Shown: positions 59,086-64,000 of the stretch, piece after piece | How the letters are laid out: each line of letters opens with the position of its first letter | How positions within the stretch are numbered: position 1 is the stretch's first letter | Assembly (NCBI GenBank): GCA_010093605.1 | Contig: MU004187.1 | Span: forward strand, 248,001 to 312,000 | Origin: Lophium mytilinum | Taxonomy: Eukaryota | DNA length: 64,000 nucleotides | Direction of reading: 5' to 3' | Program-made: the position numbers and the translations under genes | Notes under the pieces: model-generated | What the model was told of the DNA's origin: nothing | What the model saw: the letters and a program-made list of their open reading frames with translations, nothing else | The model's database searches: none

Positions 59086-60003
59086 ATGAACAAGCTCCGT
59101 TCCATGTACACCAAATCATCTTCCGCTTCGCAGTCATTCCAAGTCCTCTCCGACCTTCACCTAGAAGTAGGACAGCAATACTTTAGTTTCTCTATACCCC
59201 CTTCGGCTCCGTACCTCATTCTCGCTGGTGATATCGGTTGTCTCGTCGACTATGACTCCTACCTCTCTTTCTTGGCCCAACAAACCGCCCGATTTGAGAC
59301 CGTCTTTCTTGTCTTGGGGAATCATGAGTTCTATGAGCTGAGCTATCTTACCGGCCTTGCCACAGCCAGAAAGCTAGCATTAGAGCCTGTCTTGCGGGGA
59401 AAGTTGGTGCTGCTTCACCAAACTCGCTATGATGTTCCGACCTCAACTATTTCCATCTTAGGGTGTACACTATGGTCCAGGATTCCAGAAAGTGCTAGAC
59501 CCAGGGTGCAGACAGCACTCAATGACTTTAGGAAAGTCGAGGGCTGGACGATTGACTCCCACAATACGGCATTCGAATTCGAACTAGGGTGGTTGAAGGC
59601 ACAAGTTGCGGATATTCAGAAAGAGAATGAAGCTATCGCAAAACATCACACTGGGGGACAGGAGCAAAGAAAAATCTTAATCGTCACACACCATGCACCT
59701 ACTATGGAAGAAACGGCACATCCTCACCATGCCGGAAGCGACTTATCGTCTGCTTTTGCAACTTCGCTGCTCACTGATGAAGACAGATCGTGGGAGCAGA
59801 GCGACGTTAAGATGTGGATATTCGGTCATACTCACTACACAAACACGTTCAAAAAGAGTGGAATCGAAGTGATGAGCAACCAGCGAGGCTACGTCTACCC
59901 ACCTGGCATGCCAGGCATAAGACTGAGGATCAAGAAGAACGAAGCAGAGAAAGAGAAGGGCAAGGACAAAGTATATGATGTGAGCAGAATAATTCGAGTT
60001 TGA
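59086..60003 (+). CDS. Calcineurin-like metallophosphoesterase
   Basis: Motifs SDLHLE, LAGDIG, LGNHEFY, VTHHAP and WIFGHTH; intronless. Confidence 0.92.
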   Translation: MNKLRSMYTKSSSASQSFQVLSDLHLEVGQQYFSFSIPPSAPYLILAGDIGCLVDYDSYLSFLAQQTARFETVFLVLGNHEFYELSYLTGLATARKLALEPVLRGKLVLLHQTRYDVPTSTISILGCTLWSRIPESARPRVQTALNDFRKVEGWTIDSHNTAFEFELGWLKAQVADIQKENEAIAKHHTGGQEQRKILIVTHHAPTMEETAHPHHAGSDLSSAFATSLLTDEDRSWEQSDVKMWIFGHTHYTNTFKKSGIEVMSNQRGYVYPPGMPGIRLRIKKNEAEKEKGKDKVYDVSRIIRV

Positions 60004-60023
60004 GGCTACTCAGCATCCGTTGT

Positions 60024-61400
60024 TCACCTTTCCGGCCGCCGCCGCTCCACGCTTCGGCGATAGAAGACCATACTCTGCTCAGTTCTGCCGATATGGTATA
60101 ACGTTGACCCTGAATACAAAACAGCCGCCATTTTCCTCGCAATCTGCAGCGTTTTGCAACTAATCCCCTTACAAGACTTCCTCCTCCCTCTTATATCTGA
60201 ACTTTTACTTAAAGGCTTGTGGTGTCCCGCTTTTGCTTTCCGCCGGGCTTCAGAGCCCTTCGCCTCACTCCATGACTTTGACGACGGCATGTCCTTCAAC
60301 ATGACCCTTATAGCCTCACAAAGAGTCTCGCACCCATACTTCGTCGTATTACTCGGTTTCATGCGCAGCCCCTCTCCCCGGACGACCATGCCCAACAACG
60401 CATGCACATAATCGACCGACCTCGTAGCCTTCGACGCCTCGGAGAGGTAAATGAGTGTCGCTAAAGAAAAACCATTCGTACTGCTCTGACTCTTGCGATA
60501 CATCTTCGAAATTAACCACACAGGCTGCTTCTCCATTACCTTTCGCCTAGCCTGGCGCAGCCTCCGCTCACTAAAATCCGCAATCGCTACGTTTATTGAG
60601 AATTCAACCAATTGATCCCACTTCAACCACCCATCCCCGCATACCAATGTCGTGTTCTGGGATACCGCCAGCTCCTGCAGTATCCAAATCCGTTCCCAGT
60701 ACTCCCTGGTGAAGATATCGTCAATGGCTTTTGCGAAGCGGGGGTCTCGGGCGAATGTCTCTTCAATGTCGTCGCAGAAGTCGTCGTTGGCGATGGTCAT
60801 TGTATCGTCTGACATATTTTTCCTCGTGGATAGTGGGAGCTGGGTAATGTATTTCATCGCGCGCGTCGTTGACCTATTGCCAGGCCCAAGCCATGCTATC
60901 GTTTCAACGGCCGTCGCGTAGATGGACCTCATGATCCCCAGCTGCGCGAGTCGCTCCGCCTCGCTCTCTTTGTCTTGCATGATGCATAGTGCGTCGATCC
61001 ACCACCAGCGAGTTATGTTGTAGCCCTTTTTGTAATACTGGAACTCGGCGATGTGCTCGAGCACGTCTTGGAGATTTTCCCGGACGCCGAATGGGGCGTC
61101 GTTCACCTCGATTTCCCAGTACTCCTCTGGACCCCAGCAGTAGGACAGCGCGCGGTAGTCTGGCGCTTCGTCTTTTTTAAAGTGGCGGATGGTGCAGCAG
61201 GGCATGAAGCCTTTCTTGGCTGATTGGACCTTCAGAAGGCGGATATACCGGGTGGGGTCGCGCAATGGGGTGTGGATGAAGTTTTCGTCCTCATCTGTCG
61301 AATCTGTGTCGCTCTCTTCCTCTTCAGTGTCGCTAGCGTCGAAATTGACGTTAGTCTCGAATACAGTGCTGTCGTCGCTATCATAATCTTCGTCGCTCAT
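60024..61400 (-). CDS. HET (heterokaryon incompatibility) domain protein
   Basis: IRLL, YRALSYCWG, WIDALCIMQ, QLGIMRSIY..WLG and YWERIWILQE; acidic N-terminus and basic C-terminus. Confidence 0.93.
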   Translation of the reverse strand: MSDEDYDSDDSTVFETNVNFDASDTEEEESDTDSTDEDENFIHTPLRDPTRYIRLLKVQSAKKGFMPCCTIRHFKKDEAPDYRALSYCWGPEEYWEIEVNDAPFGVRENLQDVLEHIAEFQYYKKGYNITRWWWIDALCIMQDKESEAERLAQLGIMRSIYATAVETIAWLGPGNRSTTRAMKYITQLPLSTRKNMSDDTMTIANDDFCDDIEETFARDPRFAKAIDDIFTREYWERIWILQELAVSQNTTLVCGDGWLKWDQLVEFSINVAIADFSERRLRQARRKVMEKQPVWLISKMYRKSQSSTNGFSLATLIYLSEASKATRSVDYVHALLGMVVRGEGLRMKPSNTTKYGCETLCEAIRVMLKDMPSSKSWSEAKGSEARRKAKAGHHKPLSKSSDIRGRRKSCKGISCKTLQIARKMAAVLYSGSTLYHIGRTEQSMVFYRRSVERRRPER

Positions 61401-62107
61401 GATGATTGCTCGAAATGAAAGTAGCCTTAGTTTCCCTCATTCGCTGTAGTTAAAATATCTGAAGACGGTAAACAAACCGCAAAGAGATCGATTGTATACC
61501 TCAGGGACTCGGATGTGACGAACGCGAGGTGTGTCTTGCTGCTAGCTCGTGGTGCGACCTGGCTAGGTATATGTACAATGCCGTTGACGGGCAAGGCTGA
61601 AAACCGTATGCACTGCCACGGTGTCGAGCTGGAATTGGCTTAGCGATTATAATGGATTCGATTAGCTCTCTCTAGGCGATCGTTGCCTGAGTCCAGAATC
61701 GTGCGGGGCGGGAATGATGCAGGGTGGCTGCGCCTCACTTCTATGCTCCACCACTCGTTCTGAGTTCTGCATGGGTGCGCGATACTAGGGGTGGAGGGCT
61801 AGCGCGTGAGATGAAGAATGACGAAATTGACGAAGATAAAAGAAGCGATAATTTTGAAGTCGAGAGGTAGAGTCTGCTGTGTTTTGCTGGGATCAGTGGT
61901 ACATGAATAAACGATCGCTCGTGTTCGAGGAGAGTATACAAGTTCCTATAAACGAATATAGCATGGACCCTTGACTTTCATTAGCGACACGAACAACTGC
62001 TCGGCTCTGACAGAAGAATAGTTCATCGGAATGTCCTAATATATTATAGTAGTACAGTAATCGGTTTCCGCCAAAACGCCAAACACCATATGATCTCCAC
62101 GCCTGAA

Positions 62108-62953
62108 CTACCGGAATTTGCTAACGATAACCGCAACGATGAGCAACACAAGTACGGTGATAATGGCGATGGTAATTATCCGATTTGTAGCCATCCTGAT
62201 TCCGTTAGTGAGTGCTGCTACGCGCAGAGAGAAATCAAGGGGAGATAGTACCTACGGGCCATACCCCGCAACGTCTTGATGCTCCGGTCGGTATAGCTTT
62301 CGCTCTCCAGTAGCGTTCCTCTAGTATGCTCAATCGTCTCCCTCTGTCTGCTCAGATCCGCCAGTGTGTTCCGTCCGATATCCTCAGTCTCCAGTGCGAT
62401 CCTCTGACTTTCCCGAAGACGGCCGCTGCTTCGCTCCAAACGGTCCGTGCCGGAGAGCAGCTGCTGGCGCTGCTCTAGCTGGTCGTCTGTGGTGGGAGCG
62501 TCTGTGTATCGGGATCCAAAGAGCGCTTTGCGGTCGTCCGACAGCGACTTCAGCTTGCGCTTCTGAGAGTCAATGTCCGATTCGTAGTTGCGAAAGCGTT
62601 GGTTGATCTTGGACTTGGCGGGGGCTGGGATGTTGGGTTTCTCGATGCGCATTTGGTCAATCTGCAGAGAAGCACTGCATTAGCATATTGCGATATAAGG
62701 GTCATTGATACCGTGGTTGAGGGTCTATAGCGACTGCAACTCGCTGTCGTCATTCATCAGGCACCAGACTTACAATCTCGTTGGCCTCCTCTAACGCTCG
62801 TTCTGCCGCCCGGACAGCAGCCTTTCGAGGCTCGCCTGATAGTTCTGGGATTTGGTCCAGTTTTTGGTTGAGGTCGGCTTGCACGAGTTTCAGCTCGGCT
62901 TCATAGCTGCTGAAGCGCTCCGAGCCAGCGTCCGAGTCGAGGATGTTTGCCAT
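62108..62953 (-). CDS. VTI1: Qb-SNARE Vti1
   Basis: FSSYEAELKLV, QRQQLLSGTDRLERSSGRL..ALETEDIG..DLSRQRETI, and TM tail IITIAIITVLVLLIVAVIVSKFR*; two introns. Confidence 0.95.
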
Positions 62954-63686
62954 GACGAGGACTGAGGAAGGCGAGGATGTTATGAACAGTCAAAGGCGAT
63001 GCTGAGAGTAGAGGATATATCGTGAGTTCAGGCGATCTGTCGTGGCACTCGGGGGCGGCTTGATGGGTTATGAAGGTCGGAAGATGCAAGGCACATGGGT
63101 AACAGTTGACGTCTCCAATCCTGGAGGCGCAGGCCGCATGATCCTGGTAGCTTGGCGTGCACAACTCTAGTTATGCAATACTAGCGCCGGCAGTTTAGTG
63201 ACTACCTAAGGAAATTTTGTCATGATAAAACGTTTGTATAGCAGCTAGTTAGTTTAAGTAACTTATAGACTAGAACAACCCACAACCCAGACGGCGCCTT
63301 ATGAGGTTTTGAAAGCATAATTGTACATAGACTACCTGGGTATCAACGAGGCATCACAAGTGTGTATGTCCGCTTACCACTGACTGAGGTACCTCCACGC
63401 ATTATCTAAATTCAGTTAAACCTCTTTTTGTTATATCCCTGCATCCCTTGTAGGTGATCTGTGAATACTGGTATGCCGCTGCTTGACTTGCCTCGAGACA
63501 CTTTGAAGAGTTCAAACAAGGTCATCTGCTAAGTTTTTTGGGGGACTTCAGACGACGCTCTTAGAAGTTGTGAAAGGCCTTATGCCGCATGCCCTTGCCG
63601 CCCACGTGATCGGCTCCACTAAAGTTTTCTAACGCCTCACTAAAATTGCTGATCGCGAAAATCCACCACCTGCACAGCTTCAAAAA

Positions 63687-64000
63687 ATGGCACCGCCAAA
63701 GTCACAAAAGGCGTCAAAAGACAAAGATGGACCCATTACGGACCCAAGATTCACAAATTTCCAAACCGATCCACGGTACCGGCTTCCGTCAAGACGCCAC
63801 ACGCATACGAAGCTCGACAAGCGCTTTGCGCACATGCTCAAGGATGACGACTTCTCTCAAAAAGCTAGTGTCGACCGGTATGGACGGAAAGTCGCCAGTG
63901 ATTCAGGCCGAAAAGGGCTGGAGAAGTTCTATCAATTAGAAAATAGTGAAAATGAAGACGAAGAGGAGGACGAAGACGAAGACGAAGAGGAGGACGATGA
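63687..64000 (+). CDS. ESF1: Pre-rRNA processing protein Esf1 (5' part, runs off the window)
   Basis: MAPPK..ITDPRFTNFQTDPRYRLP..KLDKRFAHML.DDDF..VDRYGRK followed by an acidic tract. Confidence 0.9.
   Translation, partial: MAPPKSQKASKDKDGPITDPRFTNFQTDPRYRLPSRRHTHTKLDKRFAHMLKDDDFSQKASVDRYGRKVASDSGRKGLEKFYQLENSENEDEEEDEDEDEEEDD

Overview
Intron-containing genomic DNA from a filamentous ascomycete (Pezizomycotina; a Dothideomycete-like assignment is inference from protein style and ~50-60 nt GT-AG introns with CTRAC branch points). About 26 conserved housekeeping genes are packed mostly as head-to-head pairs. They are strongly enriched for ribosome biogenesis and Pol I/III functions (RIO2, GAR1, RPC40, NOP4, RPC53, LCP5, SRP40, SOF1, UTP6, NOC4, RPL5, ESF1, plus a KKE-tailed gene end at the left edge). 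The set also includes two eIF2B subunits, three ER/Golgi SNAREs, two splicing factors, TFIIB, TAD2, PAM16, ARO2 and SAM synthetase. Three accessory blocks interrupt the array. The first (~24-27 kb) holds a two-TM protein and an AT-rich TIR element. The second (~34-49 kb) holds a C2H2 repeat protein, a divergent HeLo-like/DUF7580-like and C2H2-ankyrin-DUF6590-like gene pair, a DUF6536-like membrane protein and relics. The third (~59-61.5 kb) holds a metallophosphoesterase and a HET-domain gene. Notable non-coding signals are a hairpin array downstream of SAM synthetase, a heavily structured RPL5 intron, a 19-bp inverted repeat in a GCD1 intron, an in-frame N-terminally extended SED5, and a shared RRPE-like promoter motif. 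All gene names come from recognising translated motifs by eye; no database search was run.
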